A DNA stretch of 64,000 nucleotides from Trichodelitschia bisporula (Eukaryota). Positions within the stretch are counted from its first letter, which is position 1. Each line of letters begins with the position of its first letter. A program made the position numbers and the translations under genes. Location of the stretch: contig ML996688.1 of the NCBI GenBank assembly GCA_010356995.1, positions 1,648,579 through 1,712,578 on the forward strand, read 5' to 3'. This document shows, piece by piece, positions 38,746-50,097 of the stretch. The notes beneath the pieces are model-generated. The model saw nothing but the letters and a program-made list of their open reading frames with translations, did no database searches and was not told the DNA's origin.

Positions 38746-39970
38746 CTTTTTTTAAAAAGGTGCGTTCGGAGGATAGTCATGCCGGGCCGTCACTGTCTCC
38801 ATCAGCCACAACCGCCAACGTCAAGCGGCCCCTTGGGCCATCGACCGCGACGCGCCTGGGCATCACCGGCTTTTTGAGAGAATTTTGCGGCACAGCAGAG
38901 AGATAAGAGCTTTTGGATAACTTGAGAATGATAACTAGCAAGCAGTTTCATCCACCCCAGCGCTTCTTTGCGCCTAATACAAGGCCTTCGTCATTCTCTG
39001 CTGGAATTCCACAACCGTGATATCTTCATACTTTGGGGGAGTCTGGGGTTGCAAAGTACGACAAAGGACCGGCTGAGGTCATGCGGCTCGCTGTAAAGAA
39101 GAAGATGCTGGAGTATCGGTCTGGGCACACACCCTCCTTGAGGCCCTTCATGGAAGGCGGAATTGTCAGTTGATGAACACCCGCCTTGACGTCATCCTTC
39201 GTCCAACGTTGAATTTTTCCCTCAAACGGTCTCGCGCGATCGGCGCGCGCAGCCAAATCCACTCATGTGCGAAGCAACGGTCTAGGACAATTCAAAAGGC
39301 AAGGGACAAGGAGACATGATCGCATTTGCGCATGTAAAATATGTCATACAAGCACGGTCCTGGTGGATCGGCGCGTGCCGTGCGGGAAGGATGAGGCTGC
39401 GGACCGGCCCGACGGGCGCCAAGGGGCTCAAATGACTTTGTTTTGCGGGGTAGCGGGGCGCCGATGTCGCGGCAGACGTGCTCATCGTTGCAGGTGGTCC
39501 AAGGAAATATATGGGAAAGAGTAATGTGGCTTGCTCTTGTTGCAGAAGCTTGTCGTACCGGCCCGGACAGTTTGGGCGGGTTGAGCGGAAGGTTGTCATG
39601 CAACTTCTGGAATAATGGGGATGGCGGGCTTCTGGGCCAGCAAGATTGGCGAGGGATATATTATGGCAAGCATTCCTAACATCATGTATAGATGGCAACA
39701 GCTCCTTGTATGCTAGAAAGTGACTATCGGGACTCGGTAGGCAGTATGGGTTGGTGAACACCGGTTACTGGAAACTGCGTTATGATGTTGGAAGGAGGCA
39801 TACAGCTCTTGTTTGTATTAATGCCTACGGGCCCCGCGGCCATTATGGCTCTGGGTCTTTTCATTCACATTTTTTTTGGTTCCCCCTTTGGCATGTGGCC
39901 TCGTTAATCACATCTTTAGATACAACATCTCAAACAAACACTCGAACTTACCCGTGTCCAACTCCACACC

Positions 39971-41242
39971 ATGGACGGTTTCACCGCCTTCATTCGCTTC
40001 CCAGCATCGATTCTCTCCTCTTTCCCCGTCCTTGCCATCTGCCTCGTGCTCAGCCTCGCACTCCTTTTTGGGCCCCTCCGCAACTACGTGTATCGCTGGG
40101 CACAACAACGCCGCACGCTTGCAACTCTCTTCCCGCCTCCACCGCCGCTTGCCTCCCTCCCGCCTCCTCCAAACGTCCGGCCATTCAAGTCAATCTACCA
40201 TCACGCCACGAGCGTGTTCCCACACTCACCGGCCTTCCTGATCAGTCTAGACACAACCTTCCCCTCTCGCATCGCCTCCCGCATCTCAATCCTCTCCTCT
40301 ACGCCACACGCCATGGGCGCCCTATCCGCTGCGCTTCCCGCTGTCACAGAGCTGTATACGTACCTAACCCAGTCTTACCTGCCCACTCGCTGTCCAAACC
40401 TCTTCAAACTTACGCCCACCCACCTTTTGACCGCCACAGCACCCCGCTCCCACTCCCTCACCCCCACCCACTCCCTCATCCCCAAAGACCCTCTATTTGC
40501 CCTCGGCGCCTTGGTGGATGAGGACTTCTTGTTTCTTCTCTCCGGCCCCTCCGGATACACCCTGGGGGCCTACATCGTGGCCTACGGCACCGGGTTTACG
40601 CAGACCGGGCTCCTAGGCGCCAACCTTACGGATTTGCATGCTAAGGTTCCGGGGTGGAATGCAGATCTGGGCAGGAGTGTGGAGCGGTGGGTGGGAAGGT
40701 TGCGGGCGGGGGAGGTGTGGGGGCGGTGTAATGTAGGCTTCCCAGTGTAATTTTGAAGGAGAGGGGCTGATGAGGATAGTGGGCGGTGACAGAAAATGGC
40801 CGGTTGAGGGAAGAGGAGGGTGAAAATCAGGTGCATAACCATGAGCAATGGGACAGTGAGGGAGTGAATGTGGACGCGAGCGAGGTGAGTCTGAAACTAG
40901 TGGTGGGAGAGGGGAAGGCTGATGGCAGGCAAGGCGCATCTGGGGACTGAGATTCAGCTCTTCTATCGCTTGCCCCAGTCAGGGGTGGTCGTCTTCTCGT
41001 ATAAGACGTTCTTGTATCCGCTGGCGGAGGTGCGTAAGGAGGGGAGCGGACCGGCGCTGGCGGATGCCATAGAGCGGTTGGGGACGGGGAGTGTGCCGGA
41101 GATGAAGCGGTATGAGGATGCGGATTTGTGGGGGGAGGCTGTTTGTAGGTATTTGAGAGAGAAGGAAGGAGTGAAAGCCCTGGAGGAAAGAGGGCCCAGT
41201 AGCCTGCGAAAACGGCGGCGGGCTCGGAGGAGGAGTGGGTGA
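39971..41242 (+). CDS. DUF3445 / heme-dependent oxidative N-demethylase alpha-subunit-like protein with N-terminal TM segment
   Basis: LVDEDFLFL, LTDLHAKVPG, WGRCN/W, EIQLFYRLPQSGVVVFSYKTFLYPL, GPALADAIE; introns ~40733-40779 and ~40885-40933 restore one frame. Confidence 0.72.
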
Positions 41243-41390
41243 TGGTTTTGATGATATATATTGCATGAAGGCCATGGATAAATGGAAGCGGATCTCAAAT
41301 TATGCCTCTTCGTCTTTCAATATATGTGAACGAAGAAATGAATTGAAGCCGAAGGAGAGGCAAAATACCTGCAAGGCCATCCAGACATTA

Positions 41391-43350
41391 CTACTCCACC
41401 AACTCATACCGAAACTCTCTCCTGACCCTCTCCGCCAGCCCAAACACCTCCTCCCTACTCCGCCTACTCACCAGCAAAAAATAAGCCAAATAGCTCAACT
41501 GCAGGCCCCAGGTCCCTTAAACCTACTACTCCTCTTAAGCACAGTCCGATAATCTACCATCGCCTCCCTCAACACCTCATCCTTCTTCAACAACTCCGCG
41601 CCCGCATCCTCCGTCTGCATAACCCCCGCCCTCTCCTCGGCAGTATCATCAGCACAAGATGTCATTGCGGTTCCGTCAGGGACGGCTGCGCCAGCGCGCG
41701 GTACCGCGCCTCATCCCCAATCAAGAGGAGCACCTGCAAAGCGTAGTAATCGACGCCGTACGTCAGCGCCGTGGCTACGCTCTCGAAGTACCCGGGCGGA
41801 CGCGCCTTAACCTCATGAAGCCATACACTCGGCTCCCCTCCCTCCCCCCCCATTCCCATCACCAATCGGGACCATATCCACCCTCCCCTCCACCGTTTTC
41901 CCATACTCCATCCGCGACCCCCTAATCCGTCCCTCAGCATAAAACGTTCCACTCCTCAACCCCATCCAGCAAATACTCTCCGCAAACCTCTCCTTCACCA
42001 GCGCTACCTCCCCCTCCGGCAAGCCGCGGGGGCAGTAGATTCGCCATCTTCTGAAACCCCGCCGCCTCCCCATCCCCAGGGGACGGGAAATCATCCGCCG
42101 CCTTCGCGAACAGAACCTCCCCATCCAACATCACAAGGTTAGCGGCAACCTCCGGTCCCGTCACAAAGAGCTCGATGAGAACATCGATATTTCCCCGGTG
42201 CCAGGTACTCGCTTTCTCGACGGCGGCGCGTAACTCGGCTTCATCCCTGACTTTGGTCACGCACTCGCTCCCCCAGCCTACGGCGGGCTTGCCCACGGCC
42301 GGGAACTGCATCTTCTCCAGCACTCCAAGCAGTTCATACACCCCGCGTATGCTTACCGCGCCTCCACCCTCGCTGTAACGCGTGAGGCCTTTATCCCCCG
42401 CCACTCTATAAGCCTCCGGATCCTCGCACCTCACCCCCCACCCCCGCAACCTGCGCAACACCCTCAACCCTCGAATCACTAACCGCCATAACCCCATCCA
42501 CCTTCTCCGGATATCCCCTTATCGCACCCACAGCCCTATCCACAAACCCATCATCCGCCTCAATATCCACGGGAACGAAAGGCTCGCGCATATCAGCGTA
42601 GGGGCCGTCGTCTGGCTCAAGCCAATGCCCCGGGTTGTTGAGTACAATGAGGGAAATTCCGAGGGCGGCGGCGGCGGCGTATATGCCGATTGAGGCTAAG
42701 GCGGAGGAGCGGGATTCGATCCAGGCTAGGCATTTGCGGCCGAGAGGCGTGGGGCAGAGGAGGGGGAGGGGGAGACGTGCGGTGAGTTCTGCGTCTAGAG
42801 CTGAGAGGCTGGTGTCAGGGGCGAGGATGGCGGCGCCGAGGGTGTTGGTGAGGAGGGCGGGGAGGGTGGGCGTGACGACTACGCCGTGGATGTGCGGGAG
42901 GCCGGGGAGGCACTGCAGCGGTTCCACGAAACCGAAGGTCTGAGAAGCCAAGTGACAGCCTTTGAGACGCCGCTCAACGATGTCGCACCGGATGGTCCAA
43001 CCGCGAGTTAGGGGGAGAATGAGGACGGCAGTGCTAGGGGTTGAGGGGGAGGAGGCGAGGGCGCTGTCGAAGAGGAGGGATTCTAGGGGTGGTGGGGTGG
43101 GGATTGGGTCTGAGGAGTTTGGGGAGAGGAGGAGGGTACCGCTTTTTTGAGATTAGGTTCGTGGGATGGGGAAGAGGTCGGGGAGAGTGAGAGGGAGAGA
43201 GTTGTGAAGGGCCGGCTTCCTTGAGCAGGGTTGAGAGTCCAGTTGATGAGGATGTGTTCTGCGAGTGTTAGAGCATGTGGTCGGGGAGAGACGGGACTTA
43301 CTTGGCTCGTTGAAGGCGGCGGTGAAGGCGGTCCACCATGTCTTGCTCAT
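41391..43350 (-). pseudogene. Disrupted fungal ATP-grasp ligase (carnosine-synthase-like/amino-acid ligase family)
   Basis: Family-like segments (AAAALGISLIVLNNPGHWL, FPAVGKPAVGWGSECVTKV, ELFVTGPEVAANLVMLDGE, LHEVKARPPGY, YGVDYYAL) are spread over several frames; in-frame TGA after SLTEPQ at ~41662. Confidence 0.75.
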
Positions 43351-46014
43351 ATTGAAGAGGCTCAATGCTCGAAGGGATAAGAAGGTCCAGTGAAGCCAAA
43401 GATGTCAAATAGATGGGAAGCCCTCATTGACAGCAAGCGCATGTGCTGATGCTACCGCTTTATCTCACCGCAGACGACTGCTCTACTTGCCCGACGGCCT
43501 CATCGCCGGTGTCGGAATATGAATATATGCTCAATGTAGCCAACTCGGTACCGCATTAGAGAGGGCGTCATAACCCTCAACATGATAAAAGCCCAAGCCA
43601 TGAGCGCATGCAGCTCGCACGTTAGCACCGGGCCGAGCCAGTGGCCTTTCCTTGCCCGATCAGGGTACGGCTTGGGTGAGGCAATTTGTCAGTCCAATCA
43701 GACTCTCGCATTGCTCCCATATATCATCACCGAAGGACTGGAAACTTACAGGGTGGTGGAGGGCAAAGTGTTCGAGAATGTGCTCCTCTAGCGCTTCATC
43801 CTTTGTCACTATTGTACAGGGGGAAGGACTGAGGGCAAATATGCGGCCCATAAAGTATTAAACATTTTACTGTTACTACCGGTGTAAAAAGACCGTAAAT
43901 CAGAACACCATTGACTGAGTAAAGCATCTAAATCCAATAATAACGCATACCCGGAGGCTTAAACTGATGCCTCTTTCCAAACCGCTAACGCCGGGCCATC
44001 CGGCCACGCTCGAATTTCAGGTCTCCTGCTTGTTCCTATCGTTCTTGTTCTTTGCCAGGGTTCAATTCTTCAGACTATTCGGCGTTCTGTGCTTCGTTAG
44101 CATGTCAATCTGGGTTTTAAGCAGCCGAGTTTGCTTACCCCTTCGGTTTTTGAGTCGATCGTCTCCAAGGCGATGTCGCGGCGCGACAAGATCCAATGGA
44201 GTAGCAAGCCAATGTTCAGGGGGCCTAAGGTAGTGTGTGCGACCCGACGCAGTGCTGTCGCTAACGAAGTTAGCCAGTGCCCAAAGGAGTGTAAGAAGAA
44301 AGCAGAAAGACGGTCGAGGAGGGTCGGAACAAAATGCAGGGGGGAGAAGACGGGCGCGGAAGAGAGCAAGAGACTCGAGCTTGAGACACGGATGAAGCAG
44401 CTAAGGCATTATCTTACCGATGAAGAAGTACATGATTGCGACGTATACTTCTGCGAGGATGTAGTGCATCCAGCCGCGCTGTACACCATGGTCCATGCCG
44501 CGATCCATTTGGTTAAGAGATGAATTGAACGGGCCAAATTCGGCGGATTAAAGTGCGGTAAGCATGATGGCGTTATGGGCTCGTTGATTGACTTTACGCT
44601 GATGACTCTCTGCAGACAAGCAAGCAACGGGTGAAGGAGGCTCAAATCGCAGCTTCGATGTGAAACTCGGTATGGCGGTTTTTGTCAAAACTGTCGGGAA
44701 AGGCGTTTATATACGAAGACGCCGCGTATTCCAGACATAGGACCCAGAGCCCTACCGGGAAACTTCTCTTGCAAAGAAGGGATTTGGCCACGTCATCGGG
44801 ATTTAGTCTTAGTTATCACCAGAGCAAAGCTAACATGTCTGCTGGGACCGATTGAACCGGAACCGGACTTTGAAGAGAAATTACGTCTCTGAGCACTCCA
44901 TCCTCGTTGCTTGGGCAGGCCCGGAGACAGTGTCATCGCCGAACCGTGGATCAGCGATACCTTGATATCACAGACGTTGTCATCCCGTCGCAGACAAGCT
45001 TCCTGGAGATGCCGCTACGCCGCCCGGATGATCGGTGATATCGTTCCGACTGGCGCTTCTACCTTCAACTGGGTCCTAAATCGTAGTGACGGTATCGAAA
45101 CGCACGTCCTTCTCCGGATGGTCTGACTGGAAAGGGTATCCTATGACATCGGACAAGGTGGAAAGCTGCTCTTGGAACCATCGGTCCCATCCACTGGTCC
45201 CTTAGCAGGTCCACGGTGTCCGAAGCAGGTATTTGGTTCGCGCCATTGGAGAGGTGTTCCAGAAAAGACTCAAGACATCGCGGGTTTTGGCGTCAAAGGC
45301 TCTAGAGGATTACTTGGGCCCCAGTAGCGGCGGTTGTACGACTTGATATTCGATACTGCCCTTGATAGACCGGAGTTCAATGCTTGTGTGACCGCTTGGA
45401 CCGATGCTAACGGGCCGTGCCGCTAGTTCGCTACCGGAGTGGCAATTCACTTATGATCAGGACATAGTGGGTAGTCGCTCATAGTATGTGGCCGTTTCCG
45501 TAAAGGTCGAGTGTGGAAGCGGACGCCTCTTCCGTCGACTTCGTGATGAGAGATCCGAGGGCTGATTATGCGGCACGCTAACGAACGAAGAAGAGTGGTA
45601 AATTAGTGAAGACATGTTGGGATGGATTGGAAAGCTAAACGCAAGTTCCCTGAGCCAGACGGTGTGCCATGAACCCTTATTGTAGCTCCTCCTTCGCGGT
45701 AGCAGAAGTGATGAAGCTCCGTCTGGATGGTTCATGGTGTGGACCATCAAGGTTACGTGTAGCTCAAGAGGATGTCATGAAAGGCGCGCAACCATACTAA
45801 GAAACTTCTATTGTAAAGAAAGTGAGATGTTCATGATGCGAAAACCCTTTTGGTGTTGTGCTCCCATCCCGATCTTCGTGACACCAAGCCCCGCCGTCCG
45901 TGCCCATCCCAGAGCGGGGCAGTGCCAAGCCTGAGCTGCATCTTCACTCGATCACCGACGTCAACCCTAACCCAGGCAGCATCACCACAGTCCACAGCCC
46001 AGCCACCCATCGCC

Positions 46015-47125
46015 ATGTCCCGAATCGAAAAGACCATCGCGCGCCAGCAGCAAAAGTACGCTTCCCTAACCCTCCCATTGCCCAGTTAACCGGCGCAACA
46101 GAATCGAAGAAGGCCAGTTCTATGAAGCGCACCAACAGCTCCGCGTCATCGCCTCCCGCTACGTCAAACAGTCCGACTTCGCCTCCGCAATCGACATTCT
46201 CTCCTCCGGCGCACAAGGGCTATTGAAAGCGGGACAGGGCGGCAGCGGCGGCGACCTCGCGCTTTTCCTCCTCGATGTGTACGCGAAGGCGGAGGCCAAG
46301 CCCGATGCCGCGCATAAGGCGCGCCTGCTCTCCCTGCTGCGCGCGTTTCCGAAGCGGGAACCAACGCGCAAGCGCGTGATTAGCGAGATGATTGCGTGAG
46401 TGGAGGTTGCAACCTATGCGACCTGGCTGACGGGACAGATGGTCGTCCAAGTACGGCGAGTATCCCGCGGGAGATCCGGAGCTGCACCACGTAGCCGGGA
46501 CGCTGTACGCGGAAGGCAAGTCGCACCACCGGGCTCTATATGGCGCTAACAGGCCCCAGAGGACGAGGCCTACGACGCTGAGCGCCACCTCGTGCTCGGC
46601 ACCAAGGACTCGCCCGAAGTCCTCGCGCGCCTCGAGTACGAGTGGTACACGGAAAACGACTCGCACACTGCACCCATCTTCGCCGCGCGCGCCGTCCTGC
46701 CCTATCTGCTTACCGGAAATGTTCGAGCTGCGAACAAGGCCCTCCTGCTGTTCACCAGCCGCCTCCAGCAGGCGAATCCCGGGCTCGCGGTGCAGGAGGT
46801 TAGCAGCCAGAGCTCGGATCTGCGGGTGTATCCTAGCTTACCGCTGCTTAATTTCCTGGGGCTGTTGTTGCTGGCGCTGCAGCGGGGGAGCTCGGATTTG
46901 TTCCGGATGTTGAAGAGTCATTATGCGAGTCATTTGAGGGAGGTGGGCGAGTGGGATGAGGCACTGACGCAGATTGGCGAGATGTACTTTGGCATTAAGC
47001 AGCCGACGCAGAGCAATCCGCTTATGGATATGATGGGCCAGTTTTTGATGGGTGGAGGGGGTGGTGGCGGGGCGAAGAAGCCCTCGAGGCAAGTTGGTGG
47101 GCCGCCGGCTCCTGCGGTGGATTGA
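46015..47125 (+). CDS. GET4: GET pathway subunit Get4 (DUF410)
   Basis: MSRIEKTIARQQQK/IEEGQFYEAHQQLRVIASRYVKQ, GQGGSGGDLA, GEYPAGDPELHH, AERHLVLGT, PSLPLLNFLGLLL, QIGEMYFGI; three introns, one GC-AG. Confidence 0.93.
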
Positions 47126-47255
47126 GCTGTGTTTTTCTCTGGCATATTTGGCAGATTAACGATATCCTGGGGTTCATGGCACAAAAAAGCTGGAGTACAT
47201 CAACTGCCATAGTAGGCACATAGCCATATATGCCAAAATCGCTTCCAAACATGCT

Positions 47256-48184
47256 TCACCTCCTCCTCTTCCCCTTCCCTTTAGATTTAAACTTCGGTCC
47301 CTCAATACTCGCCACATCCCTGCTATTAAGCACCAACGTCCCCCCCCTAAACCTGCCAACCGCCGGCGCATCCACCGCCCGCTCCCTCCTCCCCACACTC
47401 TTCCCCTTCGCTTTCTGCGCAACCTCAAGCACAATCCCCGCCTCCTTCGCCTCCTTCCGTCTCTTCGTTTCCCTCTCAGCCCCCTTGCGCACTATACCTT
47501 TCCGATGCGCCATCGGCATCTTTTCTTGTTTAAACAAGCTGCCTTTCGCGCCTAGTGCTTGGAGGCGGAGATCGAGCGCTTTGTGCCGGTTTTTGCCGGT
47601 GGGATCGAGGGCACCTGAGGTGCGGTCTGCGGAGAGGAGGTGAGATTCGGAGAGGAGGCGTTGGAGGGCAACATCGTTTTTTAGGTTCGCGGCGGAGTCT
47701 TCGTCTTCTGCGGGGGTGGGCTTGGGCCCTGAAGAGGGGAAGGGGGTGGGTTTTGCGGCGGTGGGCGGTTTGGAGGACTGCGCTGTGAGCGGGCATCTCA
47801 TTAGACTGCAGGGTGACATACGAGGAAGGCTTTTAACTCCGACTTGTCTATCTCCAGGGCGCGCGAGGGCGTGCTATGCACGACGACCACGGGCGCGGGC
47901 ACGGACTCGGACTCGGACTCGGACTCGGAGTCAAAGCCCGTCCACTCGTCTTCATCCTCGTCCTCCTCCTCCGCGGACTCGTGGTTCCCCTCGTCCGCAG
48001 CGGGAGCGAAGGGCAGCGGCGCGAACTTGGCTTCGAACGCGCGCTTGAAGATGGCTTGGAGGTCACTGTCTCCGTCGCTTTCGGGCTCAGCTGCCTTCGT
48101 TCCCGGAGCAGGTTTGGTTGCCGGAGCTGATTTGGGTGCCTCAGTGGGCCGTTTGCGCTTGCCGAGGGGGGCGAGGGAGGGCAT
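47256..48184 (-). CDS. FAF1: 40S ribosome assembly factor Faf1-like protein
   Basis: LQAIFKRAFEAKFAPL, NLKNDVALQRLLSESHLL, GKNRHKALDLRL, KMPMAHRKGI, AVGRFRGGTLVL; intron ~47778-47821. Confidence 0.85.
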
Positions 48185-49064
48185 TGTGGTTTGTAATGGT
48201 GGTGATGAGGTGTGGTGGTGAGGTGGTGAGCGCGGTTGGGGTTGGAAATTTTGCGCCACTTGTGGCTGCTGGCGGGGCGGGAGGACCCGGCTTGGCGGTG
48301 GACGGGGGGCTGCGGTGGAAAGAAAGAGATGGGCTACGTGATGGCGGAGGAACAGAGAGAAGGTCGGGCTAAGGCGAAGAAACTTTATGAACCTGCTAAG
48401 CTTGGTTCTGGCTGGTAAATCTAGCCTTAAACCGAGTTTGAGGGTTTCCCATCACTCGTTGTGGATGTACTGGCGTTGCGAACCTGTCGGTCGTGGGTGA
48501 GGAGGGGGATTGTGTGGCTCATTTCCTTTTTCTGCAGTTTGCGACTTCAGCCTTGTCCACGAGTTGTTGGGGCCATGGAAGGAGCGGAGCGCACGGCACT
48601 TTAGGTGGAATAGAAGGCACTTTCACTGTGGAGTCTTCAAAGAAAGGGCTTTTTGGAGCTAGAATACATAAAAGTACAGATGGAAGGTGAATTCTATTAG
48701 TTGTCGATTACATTAGTTGGTGTAATGCAAGAGAAATGAAGGACATGAAAGCACAGAGAGAAACTAAACCACATGTGAGCACAGCTGTCCAAGATGGAGA
48801 ACGGAAAGGAAACACGTATCCTTATCCAGAGTCCAGCCTGTGTCCTGACTTGCTTAGCAAAAGCAAGAGCCATACCACAGCGACATTGTAAGAACCACGG
48901 TTGCCTGGCGCTTGTTGTACTTGAATATGTCGTTGAAAGAATCGGTGGTGTGCATGCGAACCGAGGAAAAGGTGCAAAAAGATCCAGACACGTAGTCAGT
49001 GTGCATCGAAGCAGTGGCCGAGATGGAGTGCCGCAGTAGCGGCGACGGTAGACAAAGCAGCCAG

Positions 49065-50097
49065 CTAATCAACCAAATCCTCGATATAACCGTACTTTAT
49101 GCCCGTGAGAGCCTGCCAGTTCGCTTCGAACTCCTCGCTATTGACACGCTCCTCGAAGATCGCGGGCCGGTCTCCCGAGTACTCGTCGGCCATCGCCGAC
49201 GAAACTGGTTCCTGCATGTACTCATGAAACTCTTTAAAGGTGCCATGTAAGTGTTTAGGAGGCATCCCGCTCAGGCACTTGCGAGGTGTTAGCAGGCATG
49301 AGAACTGCTGGATGGGATACTTACTGCCTGGAAATTCACAACCGAGCGGTGCAGGCGGGGCCGGGGAGGGCGCCGGCGCGCGAAGCGACGCACTTTGGCA
49401 ATCACCTCAGCACGCGTAGGCGTAGGGTACTTTGACAGGCTGCGCAGTGGAAAATTCTTCCTTGTCGCCGCGGGAACTGGCTTTGGGCTTTCTGGGCCGG
49501 CAAGGGACTGCTCCAGGCCTTCCGGGGTGGAAACCTCTGAGACGGTCTGATGATCCCCATCCTCAGTATCTTCGAAGGCATCTGGTGGGAAGGTGCCCTC
49601 GTATTTACCCCCCGGGTGTAAGGTAGGCGCTGGAACCTCGACACTGACTGGATAATGCCAGGGCGTAACAGTGTATTTCGTGGCATCTTTCGGGTTCGCT
49701 ACAATGTAGCGGGTGGTCTCCGTGTCCGGGTCTAAACCCGGCCAGACACCGTCGGGACCGCCATGAAAAGCCCAGCGAAAGCGTGCGACGACGTTCACCT
49801 CATCAAGACGCCCGTTCTGGAAAAGCTTTGGTGCGCTAGGTGAGGATGTGAGCAATGGCGCTGCTATGACGGAAGATGCAGTGTAGCCTGAAAGGGATAT
49901 TGCTTGATGGTGGAGACGTACATGGCTTTGAACTGCTCGTGCGTCGTCACATTGAGCCCATCGGGTGTTCTCCCTTGCTTTGCTAGCTCCACACGAAGCT
50001 TGGGAGAAAGCATCGCAGAAAGACATTTGAGAGTCTTATAAGGGCGCTTCTTCTCCCGGGCCACGATGACTGCATATGGAGATCGGAACATCCCCAT
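49065..50097 (-). CDS. Hypothetical ~299-aa protein (three exons)
   Basis: Introns 49836-49921 (GTACGT...TAG) and 49278-49324 (GTAAGT...CTAAC...AAG) join three ORF fragments in frame; no recognisable domain. Confidence 0.55.

Noticed and set aside
10775..43350. Carnosine N-methyltransferase-like gene and carnosine-synthase-like ATP-grasp gene as one pathway cluster
   Set aside because: About 30 kb apart, separated by housekeeping genes, and the ligase is disrupted; family names do not establish substrates
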